From Planctomycetota bacterium (GTDB lineage: Bacteria > Planctomycetota > UBA1135), in NCBI GenBank assembly GCA_049609225.1, contig JBMYYH010000002.1:3368-67367 (forward strand): a stretch of 64,000 bases of DNA, read 5' to 3'. Both the position numbers and the translations under genes were made by a program. This document shows positions 17,125 through 26,604 of this stretch, piece after piece. The notes under the pieces were generated by a model. That model did no database searches and was not told where the DNA came from. It saw nothing but the letters and a program-made list of their open reading frames with translations. Each line of letters opens with the position of its first letter. Positions within the stretch are counted from its first letter, which is position 1.

Positions 17125-17904
17125 ATGCAGGTCGCCATCCTTTGCGGAGGCCGCGGCACCCGAATTCAGGGTGAAGTGGCGAATGTCCCGAAACCTATGG
17201 TCCCAATCGGTGGATTTCCCATCGTTTGGCACATCATGAAGATCTATAGCCACTTCGGGCACAAGGAGTTCATCCCGTGCCTCGGCTACCGGTCCTGGGA
17301 TTTCAAGGACTACTTCATGAACTACCGCGCCAAGATGGCGGATGTCACCGTCCGTTTGGGTGACAACTCGGTGGAGACCCACGCGCATGAATCCGCCGAT
17401 GAGAAGGATTGGGTCGTGCATCTCGCTGAGACCGGCCTGGATTCGCTGACCGGCGCGCGCGTCAAGAAGATCCAGAAGTACATCACCGATGATGTCTTCA
17501 TGCTGACCTACGGCGATGGCCTGGCCGACATCGACATCGATGCTCTGGTCAAGTTCCACAAGTCGCATGGCAAGATCGCCACGCTGACTGCCGTGCGCCC
17601 GCCAAGTCGTTTCGGTGACTTAGAAATGGATGGCCAAGCGATCACCGCCTTCAAGGAGAAGCTTGAGGTTGGTCAAGGCGCCATCAATGGTGGCTACTTC
17701 GTCTTGAACCGCGAAGTCTTCGACTACCTTGATGATCGCGAGGATCTCACCTTTGAGCAGGAGCCGCTACGCAATCTCGCCGCCGATGGTCAGTTGATGG
17801 CCTTCGAGCATGAAGGCTTCTGGCTGCCCATGGACACCTTCCGCGAGTGGAACATGCTCGAGAAGATGTGGGCCAGCGGCAAGGCCCCTTGGAAGAGCTG
17901 GTAG
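17125..17904 (+). CDS. rfbF: Glucose-1-phosphate cytidylyltransferase
   Basis: MQVAILCGGRGTRIQGEVANVPKPMVPIGGFPIVWHIMKIYSHFGHKEFIPCLGY is colinear with RfbF. Confidence 0.85.
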   Translation: MQVAILCGGRGTRIQGEVANVPKPMVPIGGFPIVWHIMKIYSHFGHKEFIPCLGYRSWDFKDYFMNYRAKMADVTVRLGDNSVETHAHESADEKDWVVHLAETGLDSLTGARVKKIQKYITDDVFMLTYGDGLADIDIDALVKFHKSHGKIATLTAVRPPSRFGDLEMDGQAITAFKEKLEVGQGAINGGYFVLNREVFDYLDDREDLTFEQEPLRNLAADGQLMAFEHEGFWLPMDTFREWNMLEKMWASGKAPWKSW

Positions 17905-17907
17905 AAA

Positions 17908-18705
17908 GTGATTCCCCCAAGGATTTTGTGCATGACCCTCGTTGGGTTGCTTGGCATTCTTGGGGGGAGTTGTTCGCTAACATCAGGCGAGCTGGGGCGC
18001 TTGAGCCTGCAGCCTGGAATCACAACCACGAAGTATCACCTGCGCCAGGATGGCCCCGGTGCGGTCGGAAGTGATTTCTTCCCTTGGGATATCGATAGCC
18101 TGCAATCGAATTCCAGCGGCCAAGTGCGCGCCGAGTTTCTTTTGCCGGATGATTCCTGGGTAGACAGCCTTGGCTTCGGCTATAGCAAGGTCGACGCCGA
18201 GCAGTCCGTGGTTCTAGATCCATCCCGGACTTGGATCTGGAACGGAGCTTCCATCACAACCTTTTCCGGTTCCGCCTCCTTTGAGCGGATGGACCTTGCC
18301 GCACTTGGATCCACACCCATTCTCGAAGACATTCACCTTCGTTATGGCGCGCGCCTGCGCCGTTTCCATTTTGATGGAGACATCGAAACCGATGCCAACG
18401 ACGAAAGCTTCAACTTCGATTCGTTGTGGTTGAGCCCAGAGTTGGGCCTCACGTTTTTTCTGCCCTGGGAGTTCCGCGCCGACATGGTGTATTCAGGCTT
18501 CCACCTTGGCGACGCCTCCCTGGGAGACCAAGTCTTGCGCCCATATGGCCTCATGGGGGAGTTACGTCGTGATTTCGGTCGCATAGACCTCGCTGCCGGA
18601 TACGAATTGGATCATGTGGAGCTCGAACGCCCCCTAGGCACAGCTCTGGAGTTCGCCCACCTGCGGGTGCGGACCGTGTATCTTGTTTTGGATCTGGAAT
18701 TCTGA
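17908..18705 (+). CDS. Hypothetical outer-membrane lipoprotein / beta-barrel
   Basis: GTG start. Signal peptide with Cys (LLGILGGSC), beta-strand-like alternation, C-terminal ...LVLDLEF. Confidence 0.5.
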   Translation: MIPPRILCMTLVGLLGILGGSCSLTSGELGRLSLQPGITTTKYHLRQDGPGAVGSDFFPWDIDSLQSNSSGQVRAEFLLPDDSWVDSLGFGYSKVDAEQSVVLDPSRTWIWNGASITTFSGSASFERMDLAALGSTPILEDIHLRYGARLRRFHFDGDIETDANDESFNFDSLWLSPELGLTFFLPWEFRADMVYSGFHLGDASLGDQVLRPYGLMGELRRDFGRIDLAAGYELDHVELERPLGTALEFAHLRVRTVYLVLDLEF

Positions 18706-18716
18706 TCCAAACAAGC

Positions 18717-20045
18717 ATGCTCGCCACTTATCTCCTCCCGCTCCTACTCCAAACGCCCGCCGAGGCGCCAACCTCCTGGGAATTCCCAGAACACCAGCTT
18801 GAGGTTCACATGGCGGGTGGCGTCACGCATGTGAGCAACGCGCCGATCAAGGATTCTCAGACCTTGCACGGTTGGAAGCTGGCTCTGGGTGAGCACAAGA
18901 TTTCCATGCGCTTGGTGGTGGTGCCGCGTCAGGAATGGGGGCTGCAAGATCCCTTCGATGTGATGCAGAACATCGCCTACAACCGGCGTATGAATCCCAA
19001 GGAGGCAAGCTTCAAGTTTGAAATGGAAGATGTTTTGAATGGCCCCTTCGGGACCGTGCCTTATGCCGCCTTTGCCACGGCCGGTATGTACGACGTCACG
19101 GAGCGCACCGGCACCGAGTTTTACATGGCGGGTTTGACCGTGAATAAGGGTTGGTCGATCCGCATGACTTGCGAGCCTGCGCCTAAGGAGGATGCGAAGG
19201 CGGCCTTGCGCACTTTCTTGATGGAAGGCGTGAAGTTCACTGGAGAAACCGAGGAGCTTGCGTGGGCGGAAGACGAAGCTCTAGCACGTTGGGATCAAGT
19301 CAAGCCAGATGAACTCAAAGGCGATCTCAATATTTATCGCACCGAGCACTACATCATCTTTACGAACTCTTCGAGCGGCAAGAAGTTCGGCAAGAAGATG
19401 GAAGAGTGCTACGACGAAATCCAAAAGACCTACCCCTTCGCTGAGATCGAGGGGCGCAAGTTGATGCCGGTGTTCCTATTTCGCACGAAGGAGGAGTACG
19501 TCGATTTCTACGTGAAGATTGCTGGTACTTCGCGTTCATCGGCGGCGGCGTCGAAGGGACATGCGTGGCGGGATTACTACGCTACCTATTACGACTCACC
19601 GGTGGACCCGGTGCACATCCATGAGGCTACGCACCAGATCTTCTCCAACCGCTTGAAACTGGGTGGGGGTGGATCGTGGTTCCAGGAAGGCGTCGCGGAG
19701 TACATGTCGACATCTAAAAATGAGCGTAAGAGTTATGCGCGTAAGGCGGCCCGAAAGGGTGGCTTCACTCCATTTGAGGAGTTCGTCACGATTCCAAGCC
19801 TGCTGAACTCTGCGGGCAAATCGAATACGGGCGAGAACATGGCCTCCAACCACTATGCGCAGGCAGCAAGCATCATCGATTTCCTGCGTAACTCCAAGTT
19901 TGGCAAGGATCGCTTCGATCAGTTCCTAGAGGCCGTCGGCAAGTTGCCGCGCGGTAATCGCGAGTTGATCGAGCAGGCTATCCAACGCGTTTACAGCGTG
20001 GATTTGGAAGGCCTGCAGGAAGAGTGGACCGCTTACTGGGACTAG
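18717..20045 (+). CDS. Secreted HExxH protein, DUF1570-like (MA-clan peptidase-like)
   Basis: The HEATHQIF motif with a downstream WFQEGVAEY (candidate third ligand Glu) is the DUF1570 pattern common in planctomycetes. Hydrophobic N-terminus. Confidence 0.6.
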   Translation: MLATYLLPLLLQTPAEAPTSWEFPEHQLEVHMAGGVTHVSNAPIKDSQTLHGWKLALGEHKISMRLVVVPRQEWGLQDPFDVMQNIAYNRRMNPKEASFKFEMEDVLNGPFGTVPYAAFATAGMYDVTERTGTEFYMAGLTVNKGWSIRMTCEPAPKEDAKAALRTFLMEGVKFTGETEELAWAEDEALARWDQVKPDELKGDLNIYRTEHYIIFTNSSSGKKFGKKMEECYDEIQKTYPFAEIEGRKLMPVFLFRTKEEYVDFYVKIAGTSRSSAAASKGHAWRDYYATYYDSPVDPVHIHEATHQIFSNRLKLGGGGSWFQEGVAEYMSTSKNERKSYARKAARKGGFTPFEEFVTIPSLLNSAGKSNTGENMASNHYAQAASIIDFLRNSKFGKDRFDQFLEAVGKLPRGNRELIEQAIQRVYSVDLEGLQEEWTAYWD

Positions 20046-20049
20046 GGCG

Positions 20050-21147
20050 GTGAAGCTTAGGCACATGCTGATGCTGGGATTGATGATCCTCATACCAGGA
20101 TGTGTCATGCCGGAGCAGGATGCCGCGCAGTGGCCGGATGTCATGGAGACCATCACCGCCGGGCGTCTGCAGCGGGTGCTAAATCATGGCGTCGACCTCG
20201 AAGCGTATTCGGAAGAGGGGCTGACGGCATTGGAGGTAGCTGTTTGGAATGGGCGTCCATTCGCCCTCGTCGAGACCTTGCTGGATGCCGGTGCCCAGGT
20301 AGACGTCTTGGGTATCGATGAGGAGAGCATCCTCCACGGCGCGGTGAGGCACTATGACGGTGAAGTTGGCCCAATCGTGGAGCAGCTGATAGCAGCCGGA
20401 GTCGATCCGCACCGAACCAATTCAAAAGGCCGCACTGCAATCACACTCGCAGCACTTGCAAGTTGGAATGATTCCTTTACATGGTTTCTAGATGCAGGCT
20501 TGGTCCATTGGGGACGAGGCGAGAATGGCCCGGTCATCGTGAAGGATTTACTCGCGACCAACGAGTTGGTGGCCCTTGGGTTCCCATCCATGCACAAACG
20601 GATCGAACTTGCCCTAACCACTTGGAAAAGGACTTCGCCCGAAACTTGGTTGGCCGAAGTCCCCTTGCCCGATCTTCTTTTTGCCAGGCGGGGGTGGAGC
20701 TGGCGGGACCTCAATGGAAACATCCATACCACCCAGAACACGGTTTCGATGCCCGTTTTGGACTTCCTTGATCGTCTCGGGTTCCCAGCGCAAAAGCAAA
20801 CCTCCGCCGGCTTTAACTTTTTACACGTCGCCAGCAAGTATGGGCATGGCCCCGAACGATTGATTCCCTGGCTCTTGGAACGTGGTGTTGATCCCATGCA
20901 GCGAACAGTCACTGGCGCCTTGCCGATTCACCTTTGGGCGAGGCGGGAAGGTTGGCATGATTCCTGGAGGGAAGACCTCGACGACTTGGTCGAGGCCGGA
21001 AACCCTCCACTAGCTACCGACGGTTACGGCAACACTCCGATTGAGCTTGCCTGGTTCGCTTATGGACAACCGAACTATCGCATGATTGAGGCCCTTGAGG
21101 CGCATGGTGCCCCGGTGCTCGACCTTGATGGGCAGCCAACCCGATAG
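20050..21147 (+). CDS. Ankyrin-repeat lipoprotein
   Basis: GTG start. Lipobox MILIPGC. Ankyrin-like units such as GLTALEVAVWNGRPFALVETLLDAGAQVDV, SILHGAVRHYDGEVGPIVEQLIAAGVDP and GRTAITLAA. Confidence 0.65.
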   Translation: MKLRHMLMLGLMILIPGCVMPEQDAAQWPDVMETITAGRLQRVLNHGVDLEAYSEEGLTALEVAVWNGRPFALVETLLDAGAQVDVLGIDEESILHGAVRHYDGEVGPIVEQLIAAGVDPHRTNSKGRTAITLAALASWNDSFTWFLDAGLVHWGRGENGPVIVKDLLATNELVALGFPSMHKRIELALTTWKRTSPETWLAEVPLPDLLFARRGWSWRDLNGNIHTTQNTVSMPVLDFLDRLGFPAQKQTSAGFNFLHVASKYGHGPERLIPWLLERGVDPMQRTVTGALPIHLWARREGWHDSWREDLDDLVEAGNPPLATDGYGNTPIELAWFAYGQPNYRMIEALEAHGAPVLDLDGQPTR

Positions 21148-21158
21148 GGCGCTTGCGC

Positions 21159-23156
21159 CTAGTCGGAGGTCACGAACTGGAGGTTGTTCAGCAGGGCTTC
21201 AATCTCGGGGCCAGCCACTTCCCAGTCGGATTCGCGAGTCATGATCGAGAAGACGAGCACATCTTCAGGCATGCGGAAGTAAGCCGTGAAGGAAACGATG
21301 CGCAGAGGATCGCCATCGACCTCGGCTCCGGGCAGGTTGGCGTAAAAGGTTTCGGTACCAAAGGCGATGCCACCGAAGTCGCCGGACATGAAGGTAGCTT
21401 CGGAGGCTTCTTCGTAGTTTTGGACCACCGCGGCCTGAATGTTCTTCATGTAGGCCTCAGTGACGGTCTCGCCATCAGCGATGGCCGCTCGGGAAGCGCC
21501 CAGCACGATCTCCGGATCTTGGTAGACCAACTGAAACTCGATGCCTTCGGCTAAGTGCTCAGTCTCTAACCACTTGCTTGAGGCCTCCAACACATATCCA
21601 AGATGACTGCGGTCATAGGTGATCACGGTCTTCGCTTCCGGGAACTGCATATCCTGCAGCAAAGCTTCCGCCAGGGGTCCGAACTGTTCCCAGGATTCAA
21701 CCACGGCCTGCATGTTGATGTGCAGCAGGCGGTCGCCGAGGTTTAAGAAGACCTGGCGAATGTGCAACTCTTGCTCTTGTCCTTCCGGGAATCCAGTGCG
21801 CGGACCGTAGATTTCTGAATAGCCGAAGGGCACGTCAAACATTTGGCCTACCCCACTGCCAAGATCATGCGGCTCCACGTATTCCTCCAGGTTGGAGCTG
21901 TGCATAAAGTCGGTGAAGGCTTCGAACTGTTCCACAGTCATGGTGGTTTCGACCACACTGAAGTCGATCAAGGCATCGACGCCGGTGTACTCCAAGCGCA
22001 AGTCCACGCCTTCGGGAGCGTCGAGCAGGGTGGTCCAAGGCCGTTCGGCGTAGACCTGATAGCCCAAAATCGAGCGATCGACCAAGAGCGACATGGGGTA
22101 TTCCCCAAACTCCAAATGCAACATAGCCTCCTCGAGAATGGGCGTGAATAATCCCACACCGGATTCCGGCACCAGGAAGTTAAGCATATGCAAATGCTCA
22201 CCCACTGCGCTTAAGTACACGATGCCGCGCTTCTCGGTGCTTCCGAATCGATAGGCCACGCGGACGTCGGCGCGCCCATCCCATTCACCGCGTTCTTGGG
22301 CGAGGATTTCAGCGGTGTCGTCGCCGCCCAAGATGCCCACCAAGACGGCGCTGATGGTGCTGTCTTCGATGGCGAAGTCCTTCGGCCAGGGCAAGGAGAC
22401 AACGGTAGCTTCTGCATCCATCCACGGCAGGATGTAGACCATTTCATCACGCGTTTCGTCGTGCATCCAGCCAGCACTGGAAAGCATGCGCATGCCATGC
22501 GAGGCGTGGGTGAAGGCGACAGGTGGTTTCCCCTCAAGCTCACCCATGACGGACCAGCGATCGAGTGCGGGGTTTAGGTAGTCTTTGGTGGCGTCGTAGA
22601 GTTCACGCGTTTTGACCGGGATACTTTCAATGCGTGCGAGCTCCTCTTGCGCATTTTCAAGATTGCGCAGATTGAGCGCGCGGTCTTCTTCGTCGAGGTT
22701 TGGATCCTCAAGGCGTTGTTGGTGATTGTCGATTGACCATGCTGCGCGTTGAAGCGTGTCGTCATAAGGGTCGGCATAAAGGAATAGCAGGTAGACCTTT
22801 GACAGGGTGGTCATAAAGGGCAGTGGGTCGCGCCCGACCTGTTCCCAAAAAGGAAGCTCACGGATGCCTTCCAGCATGGGTGTGGTGTCGAAAATGCCAT
22901 TCCAGGTAAACTGATTGGCGCGTGCCCAAGCCTCAAGGGCGTCGATGGTGGCGAGGAAGTCAGCGACTTCTGCGAAGGTCAATTCATAAGGGAATAGGCC
23001 TTCAATGGCCGCATCAAGATTTGCCGCAGCAGCGACCACTTCCTGGCCGGGGACTGGTTCCGATTCTTGTGCGAAGCTTGGCGTGCTGAAGCCAAGCAGC
23101 AGGAGGCATGCGGTTGCGAGGCTGGCCCATGGGAATAACCGAGGGAGGAAAAGCAT
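21159..23156 (-). CDS. Secreted protein with three tandem repeats of about 150 aa (family not recognised)
   Basis: Signal peptide ...LLLLGFSTPSFAQ. Three repeats end in LHMLNFLVPESGVGLFTPILEEAMLHLEF, LHINMQAVVESWEQFGPLAEALLQDMQF and VFSIMTRESDWEVAGPEIEALLNNLQF. Confidence 0.6.
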   Translation of the reverse strand: MLFLPRLFPWASLATACLLLLGFSTPSFAQESEPVPGQEVVAAAANLDAAIEGLFPYELTFAEVADFLATIDALEAWARANQFTWNGIFDTTPMLEGIRELPFWEQVGRDPLPFMTTLSKVYLLFLYADPYDDTLQRAAWSIDNHQQRLEDPNLDEEDRALNLRNLENAQEELARIESIPVKTRELYDATKDYLNPALDRWSVMGELEGKPPVAFTHASHGMRMLSSAGWMHDETRDEMVYILPWMDAEATVVSLPWPKDFAIEDSTISAVLVGILGGDDTAEILAQERGEWDGRADVRVAYRFGSTEKRGIVYLSAVGEHLHMLNFLVPESGVGLFTPILEEAMLHLEFGEYPMSLLVDRSILGYQVYAERPWTTLLDAPEGVDLRLEYTGVDALIDFSVVETTMTVEQFEAFTDFMHSSNLEEYVEPHDLGSGVGQMFDVPFGYSEIYGPRTGFPEGQEQELHIRQVFLNLGDRLLHINMQAVVESWEQFGPLAEALLQDMQFPEAKTVITYDRSHLGYVLEASSKWLETEHLAEGIEFQLVYQDPEIVLGASRAAIADGETVTEAYMKNIQAAVVQNYEEASEATFMSGDFGGIAFGTETFYANLPGAEVDGDPLRIVSFTAYFRMPEDVLVFSIMTRESDWEVAGPEIEALLNNLQFVTSD

Positions 23157-23237
23157 GACGGGAATTCTATCCCGCCATGGCTTAAGCGCGGAGACGTCTT
23201 TCTTCGACGGCCGGGCGAGGAGAAAGAACCCTTATTT

Positions 23238-25679
23238 TTACCGGTGTTTCTTTAACCGCAAGCTGTTGCCCAGCACGAAAAGGCTAGAAAGTGCCATCGC
23301 ACCAGCTCCAAGGTCCGGTGAAAGCAGGATGCCGTAGCGTGGGAAGAGGACGCCCGCTGCAATCGGGATTAGGGCCGTGTTGTAGCCGAAAGCCCAAAAC
23401 AGGTTCTGCTTGATGTTGCGCATTGTGGCCTTGGACAGGCTAATGGCATAGGGGACACCCTCCAGGCTGCCAGACATAAGCACCACATCCGCGGCTTCGA
23501 TCGCGATGTCGGTGCCTGTACCAATGGCGATGCCCACCTCGGCTTCAGCGAGGGCAGGCGCATCGTTGATGCCGTCACCGATGTAGGCGACGGGGCCGGA
23601 TTCCAGACGCAGCTCCTTGAGAGCTTCCACCTTCTGGCCAGGTAATACTTCGGCGACGACATGGTCGATACCTAGATTCGATGCGATCGCCTCCGCGGTG
23701 CGGCGGTTGTCGCCCGTAATCATCGCGACGTGGAGCCCGAGGTCGTGCAAGCGTGCGATTGCCCTTGGGGTGGATTCCTTGATCGGATCTGAGACGGCAA
23801 GGATGGCAGCGATCCTGCCTCCGATAGAGACATAAAGGGGAGTCTTGCCTTGTTCGCCGAGTGCGACCGCGTGATCCGCAAAGGCCTGGGGATCGGCGCC
23901 CAGCTGTACCATGAAACGGTCGGCACCGATGGCAACTTGCTCCGTCTCGACGGTAGCCGAGACCCCGAGACCGGTGAATGATCGGAAATCCTCCATGGGA
24001 GGAACTGAGATTTCTTCCTCAGCAGCAGCGGCCACAAGAGCGCGTGCAATCGGATGTTCAGAATGAGATTCGACCGCCGCGACCCTGGAAAGGATGTGGT
24101 CCCGTTCGCTTTCGGCTGCTGGGATGAGATCGGTCAAGGCCGGACGCCCCTGAGTCAAGGTGCCAGTCTTGTCGACTGCGACAACCATGGTCTCCTGGAG
24201 CGACTGTAGGGCTTCCCCTTTTCGGAACAACACACCCATCTCTGCTCCACGTCCCGTGCCGACCATGATGGAGGTCGGGGTGGCGAGTCCCATGGCACAC
24301 GGGCAGGCGACGATTAGCACTGCGACCGCATTGACCAAAGCGTAGGTTAGGCTAGGGGCGGGACCAAGGAGTAGCCAAGCCACGAATGTTAAGGCAGCAG
24401 AAAGGACCACTGCGGGGACAAACCGCATCGTCACCCTATCAACCAAGGCTTGGATTGGAAGTTTGGCTCCCTGGGCGTCCTCCACCATGCGGATGATCTG
24501 CGCCAATACGGTCCCACTGCCCACCGCGGTGGCCCGCATCGTGAAGCTACCTTCCTGGTTCACGGTGCCACCGATGACGGGCATCTCTTGCGTCTTCCGC
24601 ACCGGAATCGGCTCTCCAGTCACCATCGACTCGTCTACGAAACTCTCCCCCTCGAGCACGACCCCATCGACTGGAATGCGTGCCCCTGGACGCACTAGGA
24701 GTTTGGCACCTTGTTCTACTTCCTCGATTGGGACTTCGCGAATGGCATCACCTTGTTTGAGGTGGGCGGTTTTCGGCTGAATCTCGACCAGCCTCCGAAT
24801 CGCTTGCGAGGTGCGTCCTTTCGCCTTGGCCTCAAGGAAACGGCCAAGCAGGATGAGTGTCACGATGACGGCAGCCGCCTCGAAATAGACGAAGACGGTT
24901 CCTTGCGGCAGCAGCTGCGGTGCGATTGTCGCGACGGCAGAGTAGCCATAGGCCGCGGTGGTGCCGAGGGCGACTAAGGAATTCATGTCCGGCGCCAGGC
25001 GGCGCAATGCTGGCACACCCTTTGTGAAAAATTCCCTCCCAGGCCAAGCCAGGATTAATGTGGTTAAGGCCATCTGCACGAACCATTGATTGCGCATGCC
25101 GATCTGCTCAGCGAGGAAATCATGGAATGCAGGAATCAGGTGCGCACCCATATCCAGGATGAACACAGGCAAGGTCAAAACCGCAGCTACAAAAAGATTT
25201 CTGGCGTCTGAAAAGGCCTCAGCTTGCTGGGGACCCTCAGCCTGCAAGCCATGAACGGCCGACTCGTGGGAGCCATGTGCGCTATAGCCTGTCTTGGCGA
25301 CCACCTCGATGATTGTCGCAAGGTCGACACCATGCACATGTTCCACCGTGCCTTTGCCAGTGGCCAGGTTCACGCTCGCTTCCACCACGCCTTCGACACC
25401 CTTGATGGCCGACTCAATCCGCCCGACACAGGATGCACAAGTCATGCCCTCGATCTGCAGGGCAGTCCGTATCGGAATCGCTTCATATCCTGCCTGGTCA
25501 ATAGCCTGGAGGGCTTCCGTGGCAGAGAATGGACCATCCACTTGGATCACGGCACTCGCGGTTGCCAAATGAACTTGTGCTCCCTTCACACCCGAGACTC
25601 CGAGCAATGCCTTTTCGATATGCGCGACGCAGGAAGCGCAGGACATGGACTGGACGGATAGACGGTATTCCTTTTGCAT
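23238..25679 (-). CDS. copA: Cu(I)-translocating P1B-type ATPase
   Basis: Two N-terminal HMA domains ([22 protein letters not shown]). CPC motif [19 protein letters not shown], and GDGINDAP. Confidence 0.9.
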   Translation of the reverse strand: MQKEYRLSVQSMSCASCVAHIEKALLGVSGVKGAQVHLATASAVIQVDGPFSATEALQAIDQAGYEAIPIRTALQIEGMTCASCVGRIESAIKGVEGVVEASVNLATGKGTVEHVHGVDLATIIEVVAKTGYSAHGSHESAVHGLQAEGPQQAEAFSDARNLFVAAVLTLPVFILDMGAHLIPAFHDFLAEQIGMRNQWFVQMALTTLILAWPGREFFTKGVPALRRLAPDMNSLVALGTTAAYGYSAVATIAPQLLPQGTVFVYFEAAAVIVTLILLGRFLEAKAKGRTSQAIRRLVEIQPKTAHLKQGDAIREVPIEEVEQGAKLLVRPGARIPVDGVVLEGESFVDESMVTGEPIPVRKTQEMPVIGGTVNQEGSFTMRATAVGSGTVLAQIIRMVEDAQGAKLPIQALVDRVTMRFVPAVVLSAALTFVAWLLLGPAPSLTYALVNAVAVLIVACPCAMGLATPTSIMVGTGRGAEMGVLFRKGEALQSLQETMVVAVDKTGTLTQGRPALTDLIPAAESERDHILSRVAAVESHSEHPIARALVAAAAEEEISVPPMEDFRSFTGLGVSATVETEQVAIGADRFMVQLGADPQAFADHAVALGEQGKTPLYVSIGGRIAAILAVSDPIKESTPRAIARLHDLGLHVAMITGDNRRTAEAIASNLGIDHVVAEVLPGQKVEALKELRLESGPVAYIGDGINDAPALAEAEVGIAIGTGTDIAIEAADVVLMSGSLEGVPYAISLSKATMRNIKQNLFWAFGYNTALIPIAAGVLFPRYGILLSPDLGAGAMALSSLFVLGNSLRLKKHR

Positions 25680-25711
25680 GACGGATTTCTCCTTCGGGTC
25701 CCCCTCTTAGA

Positions 25712-25745
25712 GTCGCAGTTGCCGCTTTGGGGCGACAACTGCGAG
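25712..25745 (-). other. Stem-loop in the 76-nt spacer between the YHS-repeat gene and copA
   Basis: TCGCAGTTGCCGC / GCGACAACTGCGA arms with a 1-nt bulge. No U-tract follows on the transcribed strand, so it is not a classical terminator. It may be an mRNA processing or stability element. Confidence 0.3.
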
Positions 25746-25755
25746 GTTTAGGGAT

Positions 25756-26604
25756 CTAGTGGTGATCGTGACCACCGCCGGAGGCAGATACCATTCCCGT
25801 GGCCTTGGCCTGCGCGGCGTACCACTTAGGAAGGTACTTCCCGGTGTCACGGACGAACATCACAGCTGCCTTTTCACTGCAGAGGTAATAGCGTTTGGCA
25901 CCGAGAGTCACTGGATAGGCCTTGCTCCCGTCCATGCCGGGCATGAGCGGGCAGATCATGGTTGCAGGCTCCAGAACCACTTTAGCCTCTTCCATCTTTG
26001 TGAAGAATGCTGCGGGTTCCGCGAACCACTTTTTTTCGCACCCCGGACAGCACTGCCCGACGGTCATACCCTCGATGACGAAATCCGCATCAGGGTCAAT
26101 TTCGCCACCGCGAACTGCACACTTCTCTTGGGCAGTTCGTCCTCCGAGGATGTCGAGATACCTCGCCGGATCGGCGGACACCTTTTCCAGGTCCTTGGCA
26201 TCATTGACGTAGATGCGCTTGTTGTAGATCTGGTGGAAGTGCTCCTTCGTCTCAAGCTCTTCCCCGGAGACGGGGTCCATAGTCTGGAGGTTTTCGAGCA
26301 GGATTCCCTGCACGAACATCTCCATCACGACCTGCTCCGGTTTAGCCTTCGCCTTTCGCTTGCACTTCTTGCAGCAGACGTAAATGCGATGCCCCTCATA
26401 GTCGAGGTAGGTCTCACGGTCCTCCAATTCCTCACCCGAAATGGGGCAAGTGGTTTGGGCACCGAATTTGGTCGGCATGACGAGCTTGGCTTTGTCACCT
26501 TTCGCTGGCTTCTGGCCATTTTCGTCGTGACTGCCATGGTCATGTTGTGCTGCTGCGGGCAAGGCCAGCAGGCAGGCGGTCAGGATGGTAAGGATGATTC
26601 TCAT
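25756..26604 (-). CDS. Secreted protein with four YHS/TRASH-like repeats and His-rich termini
   Basis: Signal peptide MRIILTILTACLLALPAAAQ, then HDHGSHD. The four repeats are quoted in the finding for this gene; all four keep the YHS/TRASH spacing, with different Cys retention. C-terminus GGGHDHH. ATGA overlap with the cusA stop. Confidence 0.7.
   Translation of the reverse strand: MRIILTILTACLLALPAAAQHDHGSHDENGQKPAKGDKAKLVMPTKFGAQTTCPISGEELEDRETYLDYEGHRIYVCCKKCKRKAKAKPEQVVMEMFVQGILLENLQTMDPVSGEELETKEHFHQIYNKRIYVNDAKDLEKVSADPARYLDILGGRTAQEKCAVRGGEIDPDADFVIEGMTVGQCCPGCEKKWFAEPAAFFTKMEEAKVVLEPATMICPLMPGMDGSKAYPVTLGAKRYYLCSEKAAVMFVRDTGKYLPKWYAAQAKATGMVSASGGGHDHH

Noticed and set aside
17086-17568. 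N-terminal extension of track ORF 16135-17568
   Set aside because: It overlaps rfbF in antisense. The Rossmann motif of the epimerase follows directly after the internal ATG at 17085.
23157-23237. Possible terminator downstream of copA
   Set aside because: Only short imperfect complementarity (TCTTTC / GAAAGA) is present and there is no U-tract. This is not convincing enough to annotate.
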